A DNA stretch of 43,390 bases from Micromonosporaceae bacterium. GTDB taxonomy: Bacteria; Actinomycetota; Actinomycetes; Mycobacteriales; Micromonosporaceae. This document shows positions 23,401-35,088 of the stretch, one piece after another. Every line of letters starts with the position of its first letter. The first letter of the stretch is position 1. The notes under the pieces are model-generated. The model searched no databases and was not told the origin of the DNA. It was given only the letters and a program-made list of their open reading frames with translations. The stretch spans positions 1-43,390 of the forward strand of contig JBOGDG010000001.1 of NCBI GenBank assembly GCA_050701655.1, given 5' to 3'. The translations under genes were made by a program, and so were the position numbers.

Positions 23401-23416
23401 TGGTCTGCTCTTAGAC
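23401..23416. promoter_or_regulatory. Candidate operator TGGTCTGCTCTTAGAC in the eat/glnA-like divergent region
   Basis: The GT...AC core fits the generic GntR-family operator shape. The motif is related to the one at 28459-28474: both read TGGT-N3/4-CTCTTA. It sits in an AT-richer patch 33 nt upstream of the GTG start. Confidence 0.25.
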
Positions 23417-23448
23417 TTTTGGATGTACGCCACCGGAGGGAGCCCACA

Positions 23449-24813
23449 GTGCGGCACACCGAGGGGATGCTCACCGTCGAACAGCTACGCGCGCTGATCG
23501 AGGAGGGGCGCGTCGACACCGTGCTGCTGGCCCTTCCCGACATGCAGGGCCGGCTGCAGGGAAAGCGGCTGTCCGCGGAGTACTTCCTCGAGGAGGTGCT
23601 CGACCACGGTGCCGAGGCGTGCAACTACCTGCTCGCCGTGGACGTCGACATGAACACCGTCGACGGGTACGAGATCTCGTCCTGGGAACGCGGGTACGGC
23701 GACTTCGTACTCAAGCCCGACCTGTCCACGCTGCGGATGGTGCCCTGGCAGCAGGGCACGGTGCTGCTGATCGCCGACGTGCAGTGGGAGGACGGCGCGC
23801 CCGTACCGCCGGCGCCCCGACACGTGCTGCGCCGCCAGTTGGAGCGGCTCGCCGAGCGGGGCCTGAAGGCGTACGCCGGCACCGAGCTGGAGTTCATGCT
23901 GTTCCGGGACAGCTACGAGTCGGCGTGGCGCAGCGGTTACCGGGAGCTGCAGCCAGCGAACGACTACAACGTCGACTACTCGCTGCTCGGCACCGCCCGG
24001 GTGGAGCCGCTGCTTCGCCGGATCCGCAACGCGATGACCGGCGCCGGCCTGTACGTCGAGTCCGCCAAGGGTGAGTGCAACCTCGGCCAGCACGAGATCG
24101 CCTTCCGGTACGACGAGGCGCTCACCACCTGCGACAACCACGTGATCTACAAGACCGGCTCCAAGGAGATCGCCGCCGAAGAGGGCATGAGCCTGACCTT
24201 CATGGCGAAGTACGACCAGCGGGAAGGCAACTCCTGCCACATCCACCTGAGCCTGCGCTCCACCGACGGTGAGGCGGTGCTCGCCGGGGACCGCCCGTAC
24301 GGGTTCTCGCCGCTGATGGAGCACTTCGTCGCCGGTCAGCTGGCCTGCGTACGGGAGCTGACGCTGCTGTTCGCGCCGAACATCAACTCGTACAAGCGGT
24401 TCCAGGCGGGCAGCTTCGCGCCGACCGCGGTCGCCTGGGGGCCGGACAACCGGACCTGCGCGATGCGGGTGGTCGGGCACGGTCACGGCCTGCGGGTGGA
24501 GAACCGGGTGCCCGGCGGGGACGTGAACCCGTACCTGGCGATCGCGGGGATGATCGCCGCCGGCCTGTACGGCATCGAGCACGAGCTGCCGCTGGAGCCG
24601 GCGTTCAGCGGGAACGCGTACCAGGCGGACAAGCCGCGGGTGCCGACCACCCTCGCCGAGGCGGCGGAGCTGTTCGCCGAGAGCAAGGTGGCCCAGGCGG
24701 CGCTCGGAGACGACGTGGTGGAGCACTACCTGAACGCGGCCCGGATCGAGACCGAGGCGTTCCAGTCCACGGTCACCGACTGGGAGCGGTACCGGGGGTT
24801 CGAGCGGCTGTGA
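23449..24813 (+). CDS. Glutamine-synthetase-family gamma-glutamyl ligase (GlnA4-like, putative gamma-glutamylethanolamide synthetase)
   Basis: ORF 23419..24813, with GTG 23449 preceded by GGAGGGAG. GS type I-like blocks are present: GTELEFMLF, AKGECNLGQHEI, NSCHIHLSL, NSYKRF and NRTCAMRV. The substrate assignment rests on the neighbouring genes only. Confidence 0.8.
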   Translation: MRHTEGMLTVEQLRALIEEGRVDTVLLALPDMQGRLQGKRLSAEYFLEEVLDHGAEACNYLLAVDVDMNTVDGYEISSWERGYGDFVLKPDLSTLRMVPWQQGTVLLIADVQWEDGAPVPPAPRHVLRRQLERLAERGLKAYAGTELEFMLFRDSYESAWRSGYRELQPANDYNVDYSLLGTARVEPLLRRIRNAMTGAGLYVESAKGECNLGQHEIAFRYDEALTTCDNHVIYKTGSKEIAAEEGMSLTFMAKYDQREGNSCHIHLSLRSTDGEAVLAGDRPYGFSPLMEHFVAGQLACVRELTLLFAPNINSYKRFQAGSFAPTAVAWGPDNRTCAMRVVGHGHGLRVENRVPGGDVNPYLAIAGMIAAGLYGIEHELPLEPAFSGNAYQADKPRVPTTLAEAAELFAESKVAQAALGDDVVEHYLNAARIETEAFQSTVTDWERYRGFERL

Positions 24814-25517
24814 GCAGGCCCATCATCGGCATCAGTACCTACTCCGAAGAGGCCCGCTGGGGGGTGTGGTCGCGTCCCGCGGCGCTACTGCCACGCCGCT
24901 ACCTGGACGCCGTGGTGGCCGCCGGTGGGGTGCCGGTGCTGCTGCCGCCACAGGCCGCGGCGCCCGAGGTGGTGACCGCCGTCGACGCGCTGCTGCTCGC
25001 CGGGGGATCCGACCTCGATCCGTCCACGTACGGCGGCGCCCGGCATCCGGCGCTGGGACCGACGTACCCGGAGCGGGACGCCGCCGAGCTGGCGCTGCTG
25101 ACCGCCGCGCTCGACGCCGGCAAGCCGGTGCTCGGGGTCTGCCGCGGGATGCAGCTGCTCAACATCGCGTTCGGCGGCGGGCTGGACCAGCACCTGCCCG
25201 ACGTGGCCGGGCACACCGCGCACCAGCCGGCCCCTGCCCGCTTCGGCACCACGGCGGTACGGGTCCGCCCGGCCAGCCGCCTCGCGGGAATCGTGGGCAC
25301 GGAGCTGACCGTGCCCTGCTACCACCACCAGGCGGTACGCGGCATCGGCGCCGGCCTGCTCCCCGCCGCGTGGGCGGCCGACGAGACGGTCGAGGCGATC
25401 GAGTACCCCGGCGGGCAGTACGTGCTGGGCGTGCAGTGGCACCCCGAAGAGGGCACCGACGCGCGACTGTTCGCCGCCCTGGTGGAAGCCGCCGAGAAGG
25501 AGTTGGCACACCGATGA
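24810..25517 (+). CDS. Gamma-glutamyl hydrolase, peptidase C26 / class I glutamine amidotransferase-like (PuuD-like)
   Basis: ORF 24810..25517, with a GTGA overlap onto the previous stop. GVCRGMQLLN carries the nucleophile Cys. VQWHPE carries the catalytic His. Confidence 0.85.
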   Translation: MSRPIIGISTYSEEARWGVWSRPAALLPRRYLDAVVAAGGVPVLLPPQAAAPEVVTAVDALLLAGGSDLDPSTYGGARHPALGPTYPERDAAELALLTAALDAGKPVLGVCRGMQLLNIAFGGGLDQHLPDVAGHTAHQPAPARFGTTAVRVRPASRLAGIVGTELTVPCYHHQAVRGIGAGLLPAAWAADETVEAIEYPGGQYVLGVQWHPEEGTDARLFAALVEAAEKELAHR

Positions 25518-26875
25518 AGCACGACGTGATCAACCCGGCCACCGAGCGGGTGGTGGCGACGATCGAGCTGGCCTCCGCCGAGGAGACCGACGAGGCGATC
25601 GCCCGGGCGGCTGCCGCGTACCCGGCCTGGCGGGCCGTCACCCCGGCTGACCGCTCCCGGCTGCTCCGGCGGTACGCCGACCTGGTCGACGCCCACATCG
25701 AGGAGCTGGCCGAGTTGGAGGTCGCCAACGCCGGCCACACCATCGGCAACGCCCGCTGGGAAGCCGGCAACGTACGCGACGTACTGCACTACTACGCGGC
25801 GGCGCCGGAACGGCTGTTCGGACGGCAGATCCCCGTCGCGGGCGGCCTTGACGTCACTTTCCGGGAGCCGCTCGGCGTGGTCGGGGTGATCGTGCCGTGG
25901 AACTTCCCGATGCCGATCGCCGGCTGGGGGTTCGCGCCGGCGCTCGCCGCGGGCAACACCGTCGTGCTCAAGCCGGCCGAGCTGACCCCGCTCACCGCGA
26001 TCCGGCTCGGCGAGCTGGCCCTCGAGGCCGGCATCCCCGAGGGCGTGTTCACCGTGGTCCCCGGTAAGGGGTCGGTGGTGGGGCAGCGGTTCGTGGCGCA
26101 CCCGGCCGTACGGAAGGTCTGCTTCACCGGCTCCACCGAGGTGGGCACCCGGATCATGGCGCAGTGCGCTGAGCAGGTGAAACGGGTGACGCTGGAGCTG
26201 GGCGGCAAGAGCGCCAACGTCGTGTTCGCCGACGCCGACCTGGCGAAGGCGGCGGCCGCGGCGCCGTACGGGGTCTTCGACAACGCCGGCCAGGACTGCT
26301 GTGCGCGTTCCCGGATCCTGGTGCAGCGGAGCGTGTACGAGCGCTTCATGGAGCTCCTCGAGCCCGCCGTCAAAGGGGTGCGAGTCGAGAACCCCCGGCT
26401 CACGACCTCGGAGATGGGGCCCCTGATCAGCGCGGCGCAGCGTACCCACGTGGCTGCTTTTGTTCCGGACGAAGCACCGGTGGCGTTTCGCGGACAGTGC
26501 CCCGACGGACCCGGGTTCTGGTACCCGCCGACCGTGCTCGCGCCGGTGTCCGAGACCGACCGCGCCGTCACCGAGGAGATCTTCGGCCCGGTCGTCGTGG
26601 TGCAGCCGTTCGAGGACGAGGCCGACGCGGTACGCCTCGCCAACGACACCCCGTACGGCCTGTCCGGGTCGATCTGGACCCGGGACGTGGCGCGCGCGAT
26701 CCGGGTGGCCCGGGCGGTGGAGGCCGGGAACCTGTCGGTCAACTCGCACGCCTCGGTACGCCACTCCACCCCGTTCGGTGGGTTCAAGCAGTCCGGGCTC
26801 GGTCGCGAGCTGGGGCCGGACGCCCTGGACGCGTTCACCGACGTCAAGAACGTCTTCATCCCCACGGAGGAGTGA
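25514..26875 (+). CDS. NAD(P)-dependent aldehyde dehydrogenase
   Basis: In-frame part of ORF 24866..26875, starting at ATG 25514 (ATGA overlap). Motifs: VINPATERVVATI, WNFPM, ELGGKSANVVF, GQDCCARSR (catalytic Cys) and EEIFGPV. Confidence 0.9.
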   Translation: MKHDVINPATERVVATIELASAEETDEAIARAAAAYPAWRAVTPADRSRLLRRYADLVDAHIEELAELEVANAGHTIGNARWEAGNVRDVLHYYAAAPERLFGRQIPVAGGLDVTFREPLGVVGVIVPWNFPMPIAGWGFAPALAAGNTVVLKPAELTPLTAIRLGELALEAGIPEGVFTVVPGKGSVVGQRFVAHPAVRKVCFTGSTEVGTRIMAQCAEQVKRVTLELGGKSANVVFADADLAKAAAAAPYGVFDNAGQDCCARSRILVQRSVYERFMELLEPAVKGVRVENPRLTTSEMGPLISAAQRTHVAAFVPDEAPVAFRGQCPDGPGFWYPPTVLAPVSETDRAVTEEIFGPVVVVQPFEDEADAVRLANDTPYGLSGSIWTRDVARAIRVARAVEAGNLSVNSHASVRHSTPFGGFKQSGLGRELGPDALDAFTDVKNVFIPTEE

Positions 26876-26877
26876 GC

Positions 26878-27642
26878 ATGCAGCGTTTGCGGGATCGGGT
26901 CGCCGTGGTCACCGGCGCGGCCAGCGGGATCGGCCTCGCCACCGCACGGCGGTTCGCCGAGGAGGGCGCGTACGTGGTGGCGGTGGACCTGAACACCGAC
27001 GCCATCGACGTACTCGCCAAAGAGATCAAAGGCGACGCGATCACCTGTGACGTGACCGACGAGGCGGCGGTGGAACGGCTCTTAGACACGGTGGCGAGCA
27101 CGCACGGCTCGGTGGACATCGCGTTCAACAACGCCGGCATCTCGCCGCCCGACGACGACTCCATTCTGGACACCGGGCTGGACGCCTGGCAGCGGGTCCA
27201 GCAGGTGAATCTGACCTCAGTGTTCCTCTGCTGCAAGTACGCCATCCCGCACATGCGGCGGCAGGGGAAGGGCTCGATCATCAACACCGCGTCGTTCGTC
27301 GCGGTGATGGGGGCGGCCACGTCGCAGATCTCGTACAGCGCGTCCAAGGGCGGGGTGCTGGCGATGTCGCGGGAGCTGGGGGTGCAGTTCGCCCGGGAGG
27401 GGATCCGGGTCAACGCGCTCTGCCCCGGGCCGGTCAGTACGCCGCTGCTGCGCGAGCTGTTCGCGAAGGATCCCGAGAAGGCGGCGCGCCGGCTGGTGCA
27501 CGTACCGCTGGGGCGGTTCGCTGAGCCGGAGGAGATCGCCGCGTCGGTGGCGTTCCTCGCCAGCGACGACGCCTCGTTCATCACCGCGTCCACGTTCCTG
27601 GTCGACGGCGGTATCTCCGGCGCGTACGTGACGCCGCTGTAG
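26878..27642 (+). CDS. Short-chain dehydrogenase/reductase (SDR)
   Basis: In-frame part of ORF 26497..27642, starting at ATG 26878, 2 nt after the ALDH stop. Motifs: VVTGAASGIGLA, NNAG and YSASKGG (the Y-x3-K motif). It has an in-frame TTA at 27082-27084 (Leu69). Confidence 0.9.
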   Translation: MQRLRDRVAVVTGAASGIGLATARRFAEEGAYVVAVDLNTDAIDVLAKEIKGDAITCDVTDEAAVERLLDTVASTHGSVDIAFNNAGISPPDDDSILDTGLDAWQRVQQVNLTSVFLCCKYAIPHMRRQGKGSIINTASFVAVMGAATSQISYSASKGGVLAMSRELGVQFAREGIRVNALCPGPVSTPLLRELFAKDPEKAARRLVHVPLGRFAEPEEIAASVAFLASDDASFITASTFLVDGGISGAYVTPL

Positions 27643-27651
27643 CCTGCGGTC

Positions 27652-28389
27652 ATGGCTGAGGTCGTCGTACCACTGAGCCGGGCGGACGAGGCGGTGTTCC
27701 GCCCGGTCCGGAGCGGCAACGCGTTCGAGGAGGCGGTGGAACGGCTGCTGCAGTCGATCAAACTCGGCGTGGTGCTGCCGGGGGACCGGCTGCCCCCGGA
27801 GCGGGATCTGGCGGCGCGGCTGAACGTCAGCCGGGTGACGCTGCGGGAAGCGATCCGGGCGCTGCAGCAGGCCGGGTACGTCGAGTCCCGCCGCGGCCGG
27901 TACGGCGGCACGTTCATCAACGCCACGCTGCCGACCCCGAGCCGGAAAGGGCTGCGCCGGCTGGCCCGCGAGATGGGGCCGGCGCTGGACGACGCGCTCA
28001 CCTTCCGGGACGTACTGGAGACCGGCGCGGCGGCGGCAGCGGCGGCCCGCGAGCTGACCGAGGCGGAGCACCAGTACCTGCGGGGCCGGCTCGCCGAGAC
28101 CGCCGCAGCCGATCTGGCGAGCTACCGGCGTACCGACTCGCGCCTGCATCTGGCGATCGCCGAGCTGGCCGGCTCGGCGTCGCTGACCTCGGCGGTCGCC
28201 GACGCCCGGATGCGGATCAACGAGCTGCTGGACGCGATCCCGCTGCTGGAACGCAACATCGAGCACTCCAACGAGCAGCACGCCGCCGTGGTCGACGCGA
28301 TCCTGGACGGCGACCCGGTGGCGGCCCGGGAGACGATGGCCGAGCACCTCGACGGCACCGCCGCCCTGCTCCGCGGTTTCCTCACCTGA
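27652..28389 (+). CDS. GntR-family regulator, FadR subfamily (FCD ligand domain)
   Basis: ORF 27652..28389. The N-terminal wHTH reads LPGDRLPPERDLAARLNVSRVTLREAIRALQQAGYVESRRGRYGGTF. The helical C-terminal domain contains DSRLHLAIAE and EQHAAVVDAI. Confidence 0.85.
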   Translation: MAEVVVPLSRADEAVFRPVRSGNAFEEAVERLLQSIKLGVVLPGDRLPPERDLAARLNVSRVTLREAIRALQQAGYVESRRGRYGGTFINATLPTPSRKGLRRLAREMGPALDDALTFRDVLETGAAAAAAARELTEAEHQYLRGRLAETAAADLASYRRTDSRLHLAIAELAGSASLTSAVADARMRINELLDAIPLLERNIEHSNEQHAAVVDAILDGDPVAARETMAEHLDGTAALLRGFLT

Positions 28390-28458
28390 CAGTGGTGGGG
28401 TGGCCCGCCCGGGGTGGCGCGAGGCGGTGAAGAAAAATTGCGGACTATTGCGGCCAAC

Positions 28459-28474
28459 TGGTACTCCTCTTACG
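28459..28474. promoter_or_regulatory. Candidate operator TGGTACTCCTCTTACG upstream of the ABC transporter operon
   Basis: It shares TGGT-N3/4-CTCTTA with 23401-23416. It sits in an AT-richer patch next to a direct repeat ATTGCGG x2 (28439-28456). Confidence 0.2.
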
Positions 28475-28523
28475 CTGTGCCCAGCGGTCTTGATCACCCT
28501 CCACGAGAGAGGAATCGAGCACC

Positions 28524-29607
28524 TTGACGCTGGTTCTTGACGACGTATGCGTACGTCAACGCGGGGAGATCTGGCTGCAGGACGTCAATCTCGAGTTCTC
28601 CAGCGGCATGACGACGCTGATCGGGCCGACCATGGCGGGGAAGACCACGTTGATGCGGCTGGTCGCCGGGCTGCTCCCACCCACCACCGGCCGGGTCCTG
28701 GTCAACGGCACCGACGTCACCTCCACCTCCGTACGGAAGCGGTCGGTGGCGTTCGTCTACCAGCAGTTCATCAACTACCCCTCGCTGACGGTGTACGAGA
28801 ACATCGCCTCCCCGCTACGGCTGGCGCGCGACTTCCCGAAAGCGAAGATCGACCACCGGGTACGCGAGGTCGCCGAGCTGATGGGCATCGACGCGCTGCT
28901 GCGGCGCCGACCCGCGGAGCTGTCCGGTGGCCAGCAGCAGCGGACCGCGATCGCGCGGGCGCTGGCCCGGCCGGTCGACGTACTGCTGCTGGACGAGCCG
29001 CTGGCCAACCTGGACTACAAGCTCCGGGAGCAGCTGCGCACCGACCTGAAGAGCATGTTCCACGACTCCGGCGGCGTGGTGCTGTACTCCACCGCGGACC
29101 CGGCCGAGGCGCTCACCTTCGCGGCGCCGACGGTGGTGCTGGGTGAGGGCCGGGTACGGCACGTCGGCGACCCGGCGACCATGTACGACCACCCCCCGAC
29201 GCTGGCGGTCGCGGCGACCCTCAGCGACCCCCCGTTGAACCTGCTGCCCGGAGTGGTACGCGACGGCCGTATCGAGTGCCTCGGCACCTCGTTCGCCGCT
29301 CCCGGGGCGCACGCCTCCGGCCGCCACGTCACGCTCGGCGTACGCCCGCACCAGGTGCGGATCGAACGGAACGCCGCCACCGACCTGGAGTTCCCCGCCG
29401 AGATCCGGGTCGCGGAGGTGACCGGCAGCGCCACCTTCCTGCACCTGCTGCTGGACGGCCGGCGGCACCTCGTCGCGCACCTGCCCGGGACCCAGCTGTT
29501 CAGCCCCGGGGAGCCCGCCGTCGCCTTCGTGGACCCCGGGCACGTCTTCGTCTTCGACGAGGTCGGTGGGCGGCTGCTCGCCCAGTCGGCGACGGAGGTG
29601 GAGCTGC

Positions 29608-29615
<8 letters not shown>
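28524..29615 (+). CDS. ABC transporter ATP-binding protein 1 (MalK/UgpC-like)
   Basis: ORF 28524..29615, TTG start. Walker A is GPTMAGKTT, the signature is LSGGQQQR and Walker B is LLLDEP. It has a C-terminal regulatory-type domain. Confidence 0.85.
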
Positions 29616-31697
<2,082 letters not shown>

Positions 31698-31703
31698 GCG
31701 GCG

Positions 31704-32549
<846 letters not shown>

Positions 32550-32551
32550 CC

Positions 32552-32827
32552 ATGCTCGAGTGGATGGTGTGGACCTTCCCCACCGCGATGGTGTTCATCA
32601 GTCTGGCCGTACTGCTGTGCGGGATGGCGGTGTGGGCGAAGCTCTCACCGCCGGTGGCCAGGCGGGGTTTTCTGCGGATCGAGACGGATCGGGGTGACCG
32701 GCTCTACATCGGCCTGATCAGCGCGGCCGTGCTGTTGGCCGGATGGATCACCGTCACCGACCTGTCGATGTGGCTGGCGCTGCTCTGCGCACTGTTGCTG
32801 GCGCTGGTGATCGGTATATGGGGATGA
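32552..32827 (+). CDS. Small integral membrane protein, DUF2160-like
   Basis: This is the tail of ORF 31757..32827, from ATG 32552. MLEWMVWTFPTAMVFISLAVLLCGMAVWAKLSPPVARRGFLRIETDRGDRLYIGLIS matches the DUF2160 signature (RKGFLPI.TTRGDRLFIGLL) as I remember it. Confidence 0.7.
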   Translation: MLEWMVWTFPTAMVFISLAVLLCGMAVWAKLSPPVARRGFLRIETDRGDRLYIGLISAAVLLAGWITVTDLSMWLALLCALLLALVIGIWG

Positions 32828-32861
32828 CATGCGCACGACGTCACGCCGAGAGGAGTCACAG

Positions 32862-34649
32862 ATGTCGTTGACATTCAGATGGGGGTCGGACGGGCGACCC
32901 CGGAACGGCCGATGGGCCACAGTCGGCGTGCTCACGTTGAGCCTGGTAATGGCCGGGTGTACGGGCCCCGGCAGCGATTTCAAAGAAGAGGACGGGCGCA
33001 AGGCCGCCCGTAAATGGGTCAGCAACGAATTCACCCCGAGCACGCTGTCCTCCGACGAGCAGATCGCCGAGCTGGAATGGTTCATGAAGGCGGCCGAGCC
33101 GTACCGGGGGATGGAGATCAACGTCGTCTCCGAGACCATCACCACCCACGAGTACGAGTCGAAGACCCTCGCGAAGGCGTTCACCGAGATCACCGGGATC
33201 AAGGTCAAGCACGACCTGATCCAGGAAGGTGACGTCATCGAGAAACTCCAGACCCAGATCCAGGGAAACCAGAACATCTACGACGCGTACGTCAACGACT
33301 CCGACCTGATCGGCACCCACTCCCGGGGCAAGTACGTGTTCCCGTTGTCGGATTATATGTCCGGCGAGGGCAAGGGCGTCACCTCCCCGACGTTGGATCT
33401 CGACGACTTCATCGGCAAGGACTTCACCACCGGGCCGGACAAGAAGCTCTACCAGCTTCCCGACCAGCAGTTCGCCAACCTCTACTGGTTCCGGTACGAC
33501 TGGTTCACCGACCCGAAGATCAAGGCGGAGTTCAAGAAGGAGTACGGGTACGACCTGGGCGTACCGGTGAACTGGGCGGCGTACGAGGACATCGCCGACT
33601 TCTTCACCAACAAGGTGAACGGCGGCGGCAAGATCGACGGCAAGAAGGTCTACGGCCACATGGACTACGGCCGGAAGGACCCGTCCCTGGGCTGGCGCTT
33701 CACCGACTCGTGGCTGTCGATGGCCGGCAACGGCGACGCCGGGATCCCCAACGGGCTGCCGGTGGACGACTGGGGCATCCGGGTGGAGGGCTGCCGGCCC
33801 GTCGGCTCGTCGGTCAGCCGCGGCGGCGACACCAACGGCCCGGCCTCGGTGTACGCGCTCACCAAGTACGTCGACTGGCTGAAGAAGTACGCGCCGAAGG
33901 AAGCCGCTGGGATGAACTTCAGCGAGGCGGGCCCCGTACCCGCGAAGGGTTCTATCGCACAGCAGGTCTTCTGGTACACGGCCTTCACCGCCGACATGAC
34001 CAAGGAAGGGCTGCCGGTCGTCAACGATGACGGCACGCCGAAGTGGCGGATGGCGCCCAGCCCGCACGGCGCGTACTGGAACGAGGGCAACAAGCTGGGC
34101 TACCAGGACGCCGGCTCCTGGACCCTGCTGCAGAACACCCCGAAGGAACGCCGCGCGGCCGCCTGGCTGTACGCCCAGTTCGTCACCTCGAAGACGGTGT
34201 CGCTGAAGAAGTCGATCACCGGCCTGACGTTCATCCGGGACTCCGACATCCGCAGCGACTACTTCACCGAGAACGCCGACAAGTACGGCGGCCTGATCGA
34301 GTTCTACCGCTCGCCCGCCCGCAAGCAGTGGACCCCGACCGGGACCAACGTGCCCGACTACCCGAAGCTGGCCCAGCTGTGGTGGCAGAACGTGGCGACC
34401 GCCGTCACCGGCGAGACCACACCGCAGCAGTCGATGGACAACCTCGCCAAGGAGCAGGACGAGGTGCTGTCCCGGCTGCAACGCCGGGGGTACGGCGGCA
34501 AGTGCGCGCCGAAGCTGAACCCGGAACGCGACGCCCAATACTGGTTCGACCAGCCGGGTGCTCCGGTGGCGAAGCTCGCCGACGAGCGCGGCAAGCCGGA
34601 GACCGTCGACTACGACAAGCTGATCGCCCAGTGGAAGGACGGCGGCTGA
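32862..34649 (+). CDS. Large ABC transporter substrate-binding lipoprotein (~595 aa)
   Basis: ORF 32829..34649, with ATG 32862 preceded by GAGGAG. The lipobox is LSLVMAGC. The rest has the composition of a family-1 solute-binding protein. Confidence 0.8.
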   Translation: MSLTFRWGSDGRPRNGRWATVGVLTLSLVMAGCTGPGSDFKEEDGRKAARKWVSNEFTPSTLSSDEQIAELEWFMKAAEPYRGMEINVVSETITTHEYESKTLAKAFTEITGIKVKHDLIQEGDVIEKLQTQIQGNQNIYDAYVNDSDLIGTHSRGKYVFPLSDYMSGEGKGVTSPTLDLDDFIGKDFTTGPDKKLYQLPDQQFANLYWFRYDWFTDPKIKAEFKKEYGYDLGVPVNWAAYEDIADFFTNKVNGGGKIDGKKVYGHMDYGRKDPSLGWRFTDSWLSMAGNGDAGIPNGLPVDDWGIRVEGCRPVGSSVSRGGDTNGPASVYALTKYVDWLKKYAPKEAAGMNFSEAGPVPAKGSIAQQVFWYTAFTADMTKEGLPVVNDDGTPKWRMAPSPHGAYWNEGNKLGYQDAGSWTLLQNTPKERRAAAWLYAQFVTSKTVSLKKSITGLTFIRDSDIRSDYFTENADKYGGLIEFYRSPARKQWTPTGTNVPDYPKLAQLWWQNVATAVTGETTPQQSMDNLAKEQDEVLSRLQRRGYGGKCAPKLNPERDAQYWFDQPGAPVAKLADERGKPETVDYDKLIAQWKDGG

Positions 34650-34662
34650 CCTAGCCGACCCG

Positions 34663-34700
34663 CGTGGGACCGGCCGGTGCACCACCCGGCCGGTCCCACG
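34663..34700 (+). terminator. Intrinsic-terminator-like hairpin after the ABC operon
   Basis: cgtgggaccggccgg / tgcaccac / ccggccggtcccacg forms a perfect 15-bp stem with an 8-nt loop. It starts 14 nt after the stop codon. No U-tract follows. Confidence 0.6.
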
Positions 34701-34719
34701 TCGTTCCGGGCCCGCATCG

Positions 34720-34837
34720 TCATGGCCATGATCATGAGCCCTTTGATGCCGCATAGCGACATGAAGGGAGCCATGATCATGAGAGTAGAGTGGGCGTGGG
34801 CTTGAATGTGGTCACACTACCGCGTAAGGTGGTCACA
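34720..34837. promoter_or_regulatory. Repeat and palindrome array upstream of the toxin-antitoxin operon (probable antitoxin operators)
   Basis: The 14-nt direct repeat gccatgatcatgag occurs at 34725-34738 and 34770-34783. Each copy contains the palindrome CATGATCATG. The 12-nt palindrome TCATGGCCATGA lies at 34720-34731. The 9-nt direct repeat gtggtcaca occurs at 34808-34816 and 34829-34837, 21 bp apart. The second copy overlaps the RBS and the ATG. Confidence 0.5.
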
Positions 34838-35088
34838 TGAGCAGTCCAGCCCCCCACCGGGGCGAGCACACGGTCGGAGTCCGCGACCTCTCCCATCACA
34901 CCAGCCAGATCCTCAACCGGGTCAAGGCCGGTGAGCGGCTCATCGTCACCGACCGCGGAGAGCCGATCGCTGTCGTGATTCCGCTTCGTCGCCGGGATAT
35001 GGCCATGCCCGCCACCGGGTACGCGCCCAGCGGCGATCCGGGCTGGGCCGCCCGGGCAGCGGAAGAGCTGAGCGGGTTCGGCGAGTGA
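34837..35088 (+). CDS. Type II antitoxin, Phd/YefM family
   Basis: ORF 34837..35088. VGVRDLSHHTSQILNRVKAGERLIVTDRGEPIAVVIP is the canonical Phd/YefM N-terminal fold motif. Confidence 0.85.
   Translation: MSSPAPHRGEHTVGVRDLSHHTSQILNRVKAGERLIVTDRGEPIAVVIPLRRRDMAMPATGYAPSGDPGWAARAAEELSGFGE

Noticed and set aside
34722-34805. 27-codon Met-rich mini-ORF MAMIMSPLMPHSDMKGAMIMRVEWAWA upstream of the TA module
   Set aside because: The methionines come from the repeated CATG palindromes, which I interpret as operator DNA. There is no SD, and no functional logic for a Met-rich leader peptide here. I kept it only as part of the repeat observation.
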